A DNA stretch of 64,000 nt. Origin: Bacteroidales bacterium. GTDB lineage: Bacteria; Bacteroidota; Bacteroidia; Bacteroidales; UBA3824. How positions within the stretch are numbered: the stretch's first letter is position 1; each line of letters opens with the position of its first letter. The notes under the pieces are model-generated. The model saw only the letters and a program-made list of their open reading frames with translations, was not told where the DNA came from and made no database searches. The position numbers and the translations under genes are program-made. Shown one piece after another: positions 50,818 to 59,644 of the stretch. The stretch is from NCBI GenBank assembly GCA_017417315.1, contig JAFPZK010000053.1, positions 31,798-95,797 of the forward strand. The letters are read 5' to 3'.

Positions 50818-53784
50818 ATGCTCGAAAAAGACATTGAAAATAACCTAATTAACATCCTTTCGTCTAATCTGAAATTCACTTACAGAGAGGACATAAAGGA
50901 TCGCAAGGCATTGGAGGAGAATTTCAGACAGAAGTTCAACAGACATAACTATGTCAATCTTACTGACTTGGAATTTGCCCGACTTTTGGACGAAATTGTT
51001 ACTTCCGACGTATTTGAAGCCTCAAAAAAACTGAGGACTATCAATACTTTTATGCGTCAGGACGAAACGCCTCTGCAATATTCGCTTATCAACACCAAAG
51101 ACGTGTGCAAAAACGATTTTGAGTTTGTAACACAACTCAAAATCAACACGCGCAACAGTTTTCAGCGTTACGACGTGGTGTTGCTTATCAACGGATTGCC
51201 CGTTATGCAGATAGAACTCAAAACCGTAGACGTAAGTCCGCGCCGAGCAATGCAGCAGATTATCGACTACAAAAACGACTCAGGCAACGGCTATCAAAAT
51301 ACACTGTTGTGTTTCATTCAGATTTTTGCAGTTAGCAATTTTACCAACACATATTATTTTGCCAACAACAATAACAAATACTTCAACTTCAATGCCGAAG
51401 AACAGTATTTGCCTGTATATCAATGGGCTAATCGTCAAAACGAAAGAGTAAGCCGCCTTGACAATTTTGCCGAAAGTTTCCTCAAAAAAGAAAAACTCGG
51501 CGTAATGATAAGCCGTTATATGGTTTTGTTGGAGACCGAAAGGCGTATTCTTATAATGCGTCCATACCAAATCTATGCCGTAAAGGCGATAATGAAATGT
51601 ATCGAAGAAAACCGTGGCAACGGATACATCTGGCACACCACAGGCAGCGGAAAGACCCTCACCTCTTTCAAGGCAGCCACTTTGATGAAAGACAATCCTA
51701 ACATCGACAAGTGCCTTTTTGTAGTAGACCGCAAAGACTTAGACAAGCAGACTCGCGACGAGTTCAACCGTTTTCAAGAAAAATGTGTGGAGGAAAACAC
51801 CAATACGGGTGAACTTGTAAGACGTATGCTCAGCACCAACTATGCCGATAAAATAATAGTTTGCACAATCCAAAAACTCGGCATCGCCCTTGATTCGCAT
51901 TATCGGGAGCAACTCAAAGCGATTAAAAATCAACGTCTTGTCTTTATTTTCGATGAGTGCCACCGTTCTCAGTTTGGCGAAAACAACAAGGCGATAAAAG
52001 AGTTTTTCCCTAATGCAAGGCTTTTTGGTTTTACAGGAACTCCCATTTTTGATAAAAACGCAAAAACGATTACCGCCACAGGCGAGGAGGCTCGTTATAT
52101 GACTACGCAAGACGTTTTTCAAAACCTCCTTCACTCTTACACCATTACCGATGCCATCAGAGACAAAAACGTGCTGCGATTCCACGTGGATTATTTTGTA
52201 CCCGCCGACACAGACTTCGACGGCAACGGCACAATCAAAAAACAGGCTGTGGTGCGTTCTGTAATACAAAAGCACGATGCTGCCACCAGTCAAAGAAAGT
52301 TTAACGCCATTTTTGCAACTTCATCAATCAACGACGCCATAGAATATTACAATGTTTTTGAGCAGGAACAGCAAAAAAATGTAGATGAAAACCCTGATTA
52401 CAAGCCGCTTAATATCACTTGTCTATTCTCTCCGCCTGCATACGACAACAAAGACATTCAGCAGATTCAGGAAGATTTGCCAAACGAATATCGCGACAAT
52501 CATCAAGAACCCGAAAAAAAGAAATTGGCTCTCGAAAAGATTATCGACGATTACAATCGGCGTTATTCCACCAATCACTCTATCAACGAGTTTGATTCGT
52601 ATTATCAGGACGTTCAGACAAGAATAAAGGCGCAGAAATATCCTGAAAAAGATTATCCGCATCAAAACAAAACCGACATCACTATTGTTGTGGATATGCT
52701 TTTGACGGGTTTCGACTCCAAATACCTCAACACCTTGTATGTGGACAAAAAACTGAAATACCACGGACTTGTTCAGGCTTTTTCGCGTACCAACAGAATA
52801 CTCAACGATTCAAAACCTTACGGCAACATCTTGGATTTCAGAAACCAACAACAAGAAACCGACGAGGCCATCCAACTATTTTCGGAAGGCGATAAGGAGA
52901 CAATACGCGAAGTGTGGCTCGTAGAACCTGCCAAAAATATTTTGCAGAAATACGAAGAAAAGGTGCAAGACCTCAAAAAACTTATGTCGTGGAACGAGGA
53001 AATCAACACCGACGATATAGCCAACCTCAACACCGACGGCGAAAAAGTTGCATTTATACAGGCTTTCAAAGAGGTTCAACGCCTAAAAACGCAACTCAGC
53101 CAATACACCGACTTAACGGAAGATGACAAGGAAAAAATTGAAAGTCTCATTGACGACAACGACCTTTGCCTACTACGCGGCGCATATCTCGACACCGCCC
53201 GCGACCTCAAACGCAGCAGCGACACCGCACACAAAGAAGGCAAACAGTCTGAATTAGACGATATTGATTTTGAGTTTATCTTGTTTGCCTCCGTTGTGGT
53301 AGACTACGATTATATAATGCAACTGATTTCGCAGTACACGGGCTATCACACCAAAGAAAAACTCACTAAGGATCAGTTGATTGCACGTGTACGCGCCGCC
53401 GCCAACCTTTTCGACGAACGAGACGACATCGAGGAGTACATCAACACGCTCGAAGTTGGCGATGGCATCAACGGCAAAACCGTACAGGAAATCAAAGACG
53501 GTTACATCGCATTCAAAGAGCGTAAAAACAACGCCGCCGTAGCCCAAATTGCCGAAACACACGGTTTGGCGATAGAAGCGTTAAAAACATTCATCAAACA
53601 AATCCTCGACCGAATGATTTTTGACTCTGACAAACTCGACGACCTTTTAGCACCGCTCAACCTCGGTTGGCGCGAAAAAGCCAAAAAAGAAAACCAACTT
53701 ATGGCAGACCTCGCCCCACTACTAAAAACCTTGGCAAACGGCAAAGAAATTTCAGGACTATCGGCGTATGAAAATATAAAATAA
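50818..53784 (+). CDS. hsdR: Type I restriction endonuclease subunit R
   Basis: DVVLLINGLPVMQIELK, WHTTGSGKT, DECHRSQ, GFTGTP, LTGFD, QAFSRTNR. Confidence 0.96.
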   Translation: MLEKDIENNLINILSSNLKFTYREDIKDRKALEENFRQKFNRHNYVNLTDLEFARLLDEIVTSDVFEASKKLRTINTFMRQDETPLQYSLINTKDVCKNDFEFVTQLKINTRNSFQRYDVVLLINGLPVMQIELKTVDVSPRRAMQQIIDYKNDSGNGYQNTLLCFIQIFAVSNFTNTYYFANNNNKYFNFNAEEQYLPVYQWANRQNERVSRLDNFAESFLKKEKLGVMISRYMVLLETERRILIMRPYQIYAVKAIMKCIEENRGNGYIWHTTGSGKTLTSFKAATLMKDNPNIDKCLFVVDRKDLDKQTRDEFNRFQEKCVEENTNTGELVRRMLSTNYADKIIVCTIQKLGIALDSHYREQLKAIKNQRLVFIFDECHRSQFGENNKAIKEFFPNARLFGFTGTPIFDKNAKTITATGEEARYMTTQDVFQNLLHSYTITDAIRDKNVLRFHVDYFVPADTDFDGNGTIKKQAVVRSVIQKHDAATSQRKFNAIFATSSINDAIEYYNVFEQEQQKNVDENPDYKPLNITCLFSPPAYDNKDIQQIQEDLPNEYRDNHQEPEKKKLALEKIIDDYNRRYSTNHSINEFDSYYQDVQTRIKAQKYPEKDYPHQNKTDITIVVDMLLTGFDSKYLNTLYVDKKLKYHGLVQAFSRTNRILNDSKPYGNILDFRNQQQETDEAIQLFSEGDKETIREVWLVEPAKNILQKYEEKVQDLKKLMSWNEEINTDDIANLNTDGEKVAFIQAFKEVQRLKTQLSQYTDLTEDDKEKIESLIDDNDLCLLRGAYLDTARDLKRSSDTAHKEGKQSELDDIDFEFILFASVVVDYDYIMQLISQYTGYHTKEKLTKDQLIARVRAAANLFDERDDIEEYINTLEVGDGINGKTVQEIKDGYIAFKERKNNAAVAQIAETHGLAIEALKTFIKQILDRMIFDSDKLDDLLAPLNLGWREKAKKENQLMADLAPLLKTLANGKEISGLSAYENIK

Positions 53785-53834
53785 ATCATTATCTTTGCGC
53801 ATACTTTTGTGTTACACTAAAAGAGCATAGCACT

Positions 53835-55712
53835 ATGAAAGTTAATACCAAACAGGCAGTTAAATTGTTCTTTCAAAATCCTTCCTTGGAGCAGGTTTTC
53901 AAGGAAGCGATTGCCAATTCTCTCGACGCTAATGCAACGAAAATTAATGTGAACATTCAAATTGATTCCTTCGAAAAACAGGAAACGTTGCAAGTGGAGA
54001 TAACAGACAACGGTGACGGCTTTACTGATATTCATTACGACAAGTTTTGTGAATTACTGAAAGTTGATGAGGAAACACACAAAGGCGTAGGTCGTTTGGT
54101 ATATCTCAGTTATTTTAACAAGATAGAAGTTTCGAGTTATTTCGATGGCAAGCACAGAACTTTTACTTTCAATGACGAATTTGATAAGGAAAAAACTGAT
54201 ATGGTTTTGACTAACAGTAATGAAACCAAACAAGAAACTACGCTTACATTCAAAGATTGCTCAATGCAGAGATTGAGCAGTTATACTGTTATAACACCCG
54301 ACAATCTCCATAAGCAGATATTACAGGAGTTTTATCCAAGGTTTTATATGCTAAAAAATGCAGGCAAAGACTTCAAAATTGCTTTTCGAATTAATGTCCC
54401 TCATAAAAACAAGAAACATTCTGTTGGCTCTTATGAAAGAACTATCACAAAATCAGACATTCCTGATATGCAAAATGTAACGATAGACAGTAGCAATATC
54501 AGAATGTTTGATAACTCTTTCATCGATTATGCGATAGAAAAGACAGATTCTCAATTAGAAACTTTCCTTATGACCGCCCTTTGCGTTGATGACAGGACAC
54601 AAATATTAGACGACATCATCGCATTGGAAAATCTGCCGCCGTTTGGTTACAGAATAGTGTTCATTTTACATTCTACATTGTTCAACGGCAAAGTAGATGC
54701 AGCACGGCAAGTGCTTACCATAAAAGAAGTTGAATTAAGGGAAATAAAACTATTGTTCAGGCAAAAGGTTTCCGAAATTGTTGAACAGGAAATCCCTACA
54801 ATCAAAGAACAGAACTTACGCACAAGAGAATCATTAGGCAAAACATATCCGCACCTTCTCGGCTATTTTGACAATAACGAAGTTGGAATTATTGAACGTT
54901 CCAAATCCATAGAAGAGGCGCAAAGACGCTTTTTGCGCGATCAAAAGGATATTTTGGAGGCTCAGTCTTTGGACGACGACAAATACAACAAGGCTTTGGA
55001 CGTATCGTCAAGGACACTTGCCCAATACATTTTGTATAGGGAAAAAATCATTTCAAAAGTAGAGCAATTGACAGACAAGAACTCGGAAGCCGACCTTCAT
55101 AATATCATTTTGCCACAACGCTCGGTATTGCACGAGGGTGCATTCGACAGTATGTACAGCAACAACCTTTGGTTGTTGGACAACAAGTATATGACATACA
55201 CCACAGCAATGAGCGAACGCACTATGAAAGAAGTGCTTGACGAAATTACACAATCGTCCACAGAAAAAAACAACGACCGCCCCGACATCGTAGTTATGTT
55301 TTCAAACGACCCTTCCAATACAGAGAATAGGTCGGTGGATGTGGTAATTATCGAACTAAAAAAACGCGGTATAAAGTTGGCAAAAGCAGAAGAGGCAATC
55401 AGCCAACTAAAACAACGTGCCATAAAGTTGTTGAAATACTATCCGAACAAGATTCAGAGAATGTGGTTTTACGCCATCGTGGAATTTAACGACGATTTCA
55501 AACTGTCGTTAATTAACGACGAATACACACCCTTGTTCTCAAAAGATAGTTTGTATTACAAAGAAGTTTCGCTGCAACTAACACTCGATGACCCGACAAA
55601 ATATTTAGTTGGAACGTATGTGTTGTCTATTGATGCATTCATCAAAGACGCAAAGGCCAACAACGAAATCTTTTTAACCATACTTAAAAACGGCTTCAAA
55701 GATGCAAGATAA
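53835..55712 (+). CDS. GHKL (HATPase_c) ATPase fused to a C-terminal PD-(D/E)XK-like nuclease
   Basis: EAIANSLDA, DNGDGF, KGVGRL; C-terminal RPDIV...IIELKK. Own TATCTTTG box at 53790. Stop overlaps the hsdS start. Confidence 0.82.
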   Translation: MKVNTKQAVKLFFQNPSLEQVFKEAIANSLDANATKINVNIQIDSFEKQETLQVEITDNGDGFTDIHYDKFCELLKVDEETHKGVGRLVYLSYFNKIEVSSYFDGKHRTFTFNDEFDKEKTDMVLTNSNETKQETTLTFKDCSMQRLSSYTVITPDNLHKQILQEFYPRFYMLKNAGKDFKIAFRINVPHKNKKHSVGSYERTITKSDIPDMQNVTIDSSNIRMFDNSFIDYAIEKTDSQLETFLMTALCVDDRTQILDDIIALENLPPFGYRIVFILHSTLFNGKVDAARQVLTIKEVELREIKLLFRQKVSEIVEQEIPTIKEQNLRTRESLGKTYPHLLGYFDNNEVGIIERSKSIEEAQRRFLRDQKDILEAQSLDDDKYNKALDVSSRTLAQYILYREKIISKVEQLTDKNSEADLHNIILPQRSVLHEGAFDSMYSNNLWLLDNKYMTYTTAMSERTMKEVLDEITQSSTEKNNDRPDIVVMFSNDPSNTENRSVDVVIIELKKRGIKLAKAEEAISQLKQRAIKLLKYYPNKIQRMWFYAIVEFNDDFKLSLINDEYTPLFSKDSLYYKEVSLQLTLDDPTKYLVGTYVLSIDAFIKDAKANNEIFLTILKNGFKDAR

Positions 55713-57009
55713 TAAACAATATACACCCGAATTGCGTTTCCCAGAATTTCACGACGATTGGCAGGTATATACGATGGAGACTATATTCGTAATGAAAAAT
55801 GGATATACGCCATCCAAATCTAATCCTAAATTTTGGGAAAATGGAACGATTCCGTGGTTTAGAATGGAAGATATTAGACAGAATGGAACTATTTTGTCAG
55901 ATTCGATACAACATATAACGCCCGATGCAGTCAAAAATAGTGGTTTATTTCCTGCGTATTCAATTATTTTGGCAACGACAGCGACTATTGGAGAACACGC
56001 ATTAATAATTGTTGATTCGCTTGCGAATCAACAATTTACGTTTTTAACAAAACGTAAATCGTTCGATAATTTAATTGATATGATGTATTTTTATCATTAT
56101 ATGTTTATTATTGACGAATGGTGCAAATCAAATACAAATGCAGGTGGATTGTTATCTGTTAATATGCCCGCATTAAAAAAATTGCAAATACCAATTTCCC
56201 CCATCCTCCCCGAACAGCGCAAAATAGCCTTATGTCTGTCATCGTTAGACGATTTGATAAAATCCGTTGGCGACAAAATCGAATTGTTGAAACAACATAA
56301 AAAAGGATTGATGCAGAAATTGTTTCCGAAAACACACGGTACGACATACGGACGCGGTAACGGACACGGTAGAGACGCAAAATTTTGCGTCTCTACAAAC
56401 CCAACCATTGTACCCGAATTGCGGTTTCCTGAATTTTCAGGGGATTGGCAGGTGAAAACGTTAGGGGATATTGCGGAAATAAATCCTAAATCACTTGAAC
56501 CTATTCCTACGGAATTTTATTATATTGATTTAGAAAGTGTATGTTCAGGCAGATTACAAAAACGACAAATTGTACAGTTGCTTAATGCACCAAGTAGAGC
56601 GCAAAGACAGTTCCATAGGGATGATATTCTTTTTCAGACAGTTAGGCCTTATCAAAAAAACAATCTTTATGTAGATTTCAATTGTTCTAATTATATTGCT
56701 TCTACGGGTTATGCTGTTATACGTTGCACAAAGGAAATATCTGATTCTAAATTTATTTACTTTGTTCTTCATAAAGATGATTTTGTAAAAAGTGTTTTGG
56801 ATAAATGTACAGGAACAAGTTATCCAGCGATAAATCCAAGCGTGTTGGGTTCCTTGTCCGTTTGTTTCCCCACCCTCGCCGAACAGCGCAAAATAGCGGC
56901 GTGTTTATCGTCCATCGATACGGCAATAGAAGAAACAGAAAAGAAACTGCAAATGTTGCAGCAGCACAAAAAAGGATTGATGCAGCGGATGTTTGTGCGG
57001 CGGGTGTAG
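55702..57009 (+). CDS. hsdS: Type I R-M specificity subunit with an in-frame REP in the central linker
   Basis: Two PELRFPEF-TRD-EQRKIA..KKGLMQ modules; linker contains GRDAKFCVST; stop TAG lies inside the REP at 57006. Confidence 0.95.
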   Translation: MQDNKQYTPELRFPEFHDDWQVYTMETIFVMKNGYTPSKSNPKFWENGTIPWFRMEDIRQNGTILSDSIQHITPDAVKNSGLFPAYSIILATTATIGEHALIIVDSLANQQFTFLTKRKSFDNLIDMMYFYHYMFIIDEWCKSNTNAGGLLSVNMPALKKLQIPISPILPEQRKIALCLSSLDDLIKSVGDKIELLKQHKKGLMQKLFPKTHGTTYGRGNGHGRDAKFCVSTNPTIVPELRFPEFSGDWQVKTLGDIAEINPKSLEPIPTEFYYIDLESVCSGRLQKRQIVQLLNAPSRAQRQFHRDDILFQTVRPYQKNNLYVDFNCSNYIASTGYAVIRCTKEISDSKFIYFVLHKDDFVKSVLDKCTGTSYPAINPSVLGSLSVCFPTLAEQRKIAACLSSIDTAIEETEKKLQMLQQHKKGLMQRMFVRRV

Positions 57010-57169
57010 AGACGCAAAATTTTGCGTCTCTACGGCAGGTTGGCGGCGTGGTGTATCAAACGGCAGGTTGGCGGCGCGGCGAATCAAATGCGGACGATGG
57101 CGTGACGATTGTAGAGACGCAAAATTTTGCGTCTCTACGAACAACCATCAAACAATAAACAATATAACA

Positions 57170-57769
57170 ATGACAGAAGAAAAATTTAGAAATAAATACA
57201 GAATACCATCGGCACGGGCAGCGTGGCACAATTACAGCGGCGGAATGTATTTCGTTACGATATGCACCCAAAAACGTGAACATTTTTTCGGCGAAATTGT
57301 TTATGACGAAAACAAAGAAGCCAAAATGAACTACACAGAATTAGGTAACATTGCGATGGAATGTTGGAAATCAATTCCTTTGCATTTTCCGCACGCAGAG
57401 GCACCATTATGGGTTGTAATGCCTAATCATATACACGGGATTATAATTATTCACAAATTGGAAAATGCCACCACCGTTGCCGTAGAGACGCAAAATTTTG
57501 CGTCTCTACCAGAAAATGGCGGTAATTATTTTGGTCCGCAATCCAAAAATTTGGCATCTATTGTGCGCGGTTTTAAAATAGGTGTTACAAAACACGCTCG
57601 TGAAAAGGGAATATTTTTTGCGTGGCAACCACGGTATCACGACCACATTGTCCGCGATTTTGACGAGATGAACCGCATTGCTGATTACATAGAAACGAAC
57701 CCGGCACGGTGGGCACAGGATAAATTAAACGATTCGGTGTTTGCGGAAATGCCAGAAATGATGAAATAA
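57170..57769 (+). mobile_element. REP-associated tyrosine transposase (RAYT, HUH/Y1 family)
   Basis: YFVTICT, HUH motif MPNHIH, WQPRYHDHIVR, catalytic YIETNP; flanked by and containing GTAG REPs. Confidence 0.92.
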
Positions 57770-57963
57770 TACAACCGTAGAGGCGCAAAATTTTTATGCC
57801 TGCCTGCCGTAGAGACGCAAAATTTTCACGTCTGCCTGACGTAGAGACGCAAAATTTTCACGTCTGCCTGACGTAAAGACGCAAAATTTTGCGTCTCTAC
57901 AAAAAAACGGCAATCATTATCTGCCGATTTAAAACAATTAATGAAAAACGACGAAAACTAATA

Positions 57964-59544
57964 ATGGCACAAAATAACCAACAAGAACTCGGCAAGACGC
58001 TTTGGAGCATTGCCGACAGATTAAGAGGAGCAATGATGGCGGACGATTTCCGCGATTATATGCTTTCGTTTCTGTTTTTGAAACACCTTTCAGACAGTTA
58101 CGAAAAGTCGGCTCAAAAAGAATTGGGCGAGGAATATCACGGTTCGTTACAGCAATGGTACAAAGACAATCCCGATGATGTTGAATTGTTTGAAAACCAA
58201 ATGCGTAAGCGCAATCATTATGTTATTCAGCCAGACTATTTGTGGAGCAATATCGCCAACCTTGCCGACAAACAAGACGAGGAACTTTTGCGGACATTGG
58301 AAAAGGGTTTCAAATTTATCGAAGAAGATTCGTTTGAAAGTTCGTTCAAAGGGTTGTTTTCTGAAATCAACCTCAATTCCGAAAAACTCGGCAAGGATTA
58401 CACCAGCCGCAACAAACTACTCTGCAAGGTGATTTCCACATTGGAAGATGGCTTGAAAAATTTTGCCTCCGACGACGACTACCTTGGCGATGCCTACGAA
58501 TATCTTATCGGACAGTTTGCGGCGGGTTCGGGACAGAAAGCAGGCGAATTTTATACACCTCAAAACATTTCGTCCATCTTGTCGCAAATAGTGATATTGG
58601 ATTGTCATAATCCACAATCAGGGCCCAAAAAGTCGCTTAGCAAGGTTTTGGACTTTGCCTGCGGTTCTGGGTCGTTGCTATTGAATGTGCGCCGTCAGAT
58701 GGGCAAAAACGTCATTGGCAAAATCTACGGTCAGGAAAAGAACATCACCACCTACAACCTCGCCCGTATGAATATGCTCCTTCACGGCGTTAAAGACAGC
58801 GAGTTTGAAATCCACCACGGCGACACCCTTGCCAACGATTGGGACATTCTGCGCGAGGCAAATCCGGCGCACAAAATCGAATTTGACGCAATAGTAGCCA
58901 ATCCGCCCTTTTCGCTCAGATGGGATCCTACCGAGGAAACTGCAAAAGATTTCAGGTTTGCACGTTACGGAGTTGCACCAAAATCTGCGGCAGATTTTGC
59001 ATTTTTGCTTCACGGCTTTCATTTCCTCAGCGATGGCGGTGTTATGGCGATAATACTTCCTCACGGAGTTTTGTTCCGTGGCGGCAAGGAAGAAACAATC
59101 CGCAAAAAACTCATCGAAGACGACAATATTGATGCCGTAATTGGACTACCTTCAAACCTCTTTTATTCTACGGGCATACCTGTCTGCATTTTGGTGTTGA
59201 AAAAATGCAGAAATTCAGAAGATGTATTGTTTATAAATGCCTCTGAATATTACGAAAAGGGCAAACGTCAGAATTATTTACGCGAAGAAGACATAGAACG
59301 TATTGTCTCGGCATATAAAAACCGCTCCGACATACCGCGTTTTTCGCGCAATGTGTCTTTGACCGAAATCCGCGACAACGATTTCAACCTCAACATCACC
59401 CGATATGTAAATCTTTCGGTAGAGGAAGAACCCATTGACTTACTTGATGTTAACCGTCAACTAAAAGAAACAGATGCCAAAATCGAAGAGGCTCGTAAAA
59501 AACATAATGAATTTTTGAAGGAATTGGGCTTGCCGGAGATTTAG
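57964..59544 (+). CDS. hsdM: Type I R-M methyltransferase subunit M
   Basis: LWSIADRLRG, GEFYTP, DFACGSGSLL, ANPPF, PHGVLFRG. Confidence 0.97.
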   Translation: MAQNNQQELGKTLWSIADRLRGAMMADDFRDYMLSFLFLKHLSDSYEKSAQKELGEEYHGSLQQWYKDNPDDVELFENQMRKRNHYVIQPDYLWSNIANLADKQDEELLRTLEKGFKFIEEDSFESSFKGLFSEINLNSEKLGKDYTSRNKLLCKVISTLEDGLKNFASDDDYLGDAYEYLIGQFAAGSGQKAGEFYTPQNISSILSQIVILDCHNPQSGPKKSLSKVLDFACGSGSLLLNVRRQMGKNVIGKIYGQEKNITTYNLARMNMLLHGVKDSEFEIHHGDTLANDWDILREANPAHKIEFDAIVANPPFSLRWDPTEETAKDFRFARYGVAPKSAADFAFLLHGFHFLSDGGVMAIILPHGVLFRGGKEETIRKKLIEDDNIDAVIGLPSNLFYSTGIPVCILVLKKCRNSEDVLFINASEYYEKGKRQNYLREEDIERIVSAYKNRSDIPRFSRNVSLTEIRDNDFNLNITRYVNLSVEEEPIDLLDVNRQLKETDAKIEEARKKHNEFLKELGLPEI

Positions 59545-59644
59545 GTTGTTTTTTTGATAGATTTCGACAGTTGACGCCACCGCAAAAAACGTAGAGACGC
59601 AAAATTTTGCGTCTCTACCGAATATGATGTTAAAATCCTGCCAA

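Larger units (their letters stand above)
56369..59618. repeat. REP family GTAGAGACGCAAAATTTTGCGTCTCTAC (28-bp perfect palindrome), 9 copies
   Basis: Perfect copies at 56369, 57006, 57111, 57482, 59591. Variant copies at 57777, 57809, 57841, 57873 form a 32-bp tandem array. All but one start with GTAG. Confidence 0.95.

Noticed and set aside
56993-57169. N-terminal extension of the 258-aa RAYT ORF
   Set aside because: It consists of REP and spacer sequence. The ATG at 57170 follows an A-rich leader and matches the usual RAYT N-terminus. The open frame is noted only for the fusion hypothesis.
57006-57900. Possible CRISPR array of 28-bp palindromic repeats
   Set aside because: Spacing is irregular, the tandem part has no unique spacers, there are no cas genes, and the GTAG ends plus adjacent RAYT identify the repeats as REPs.
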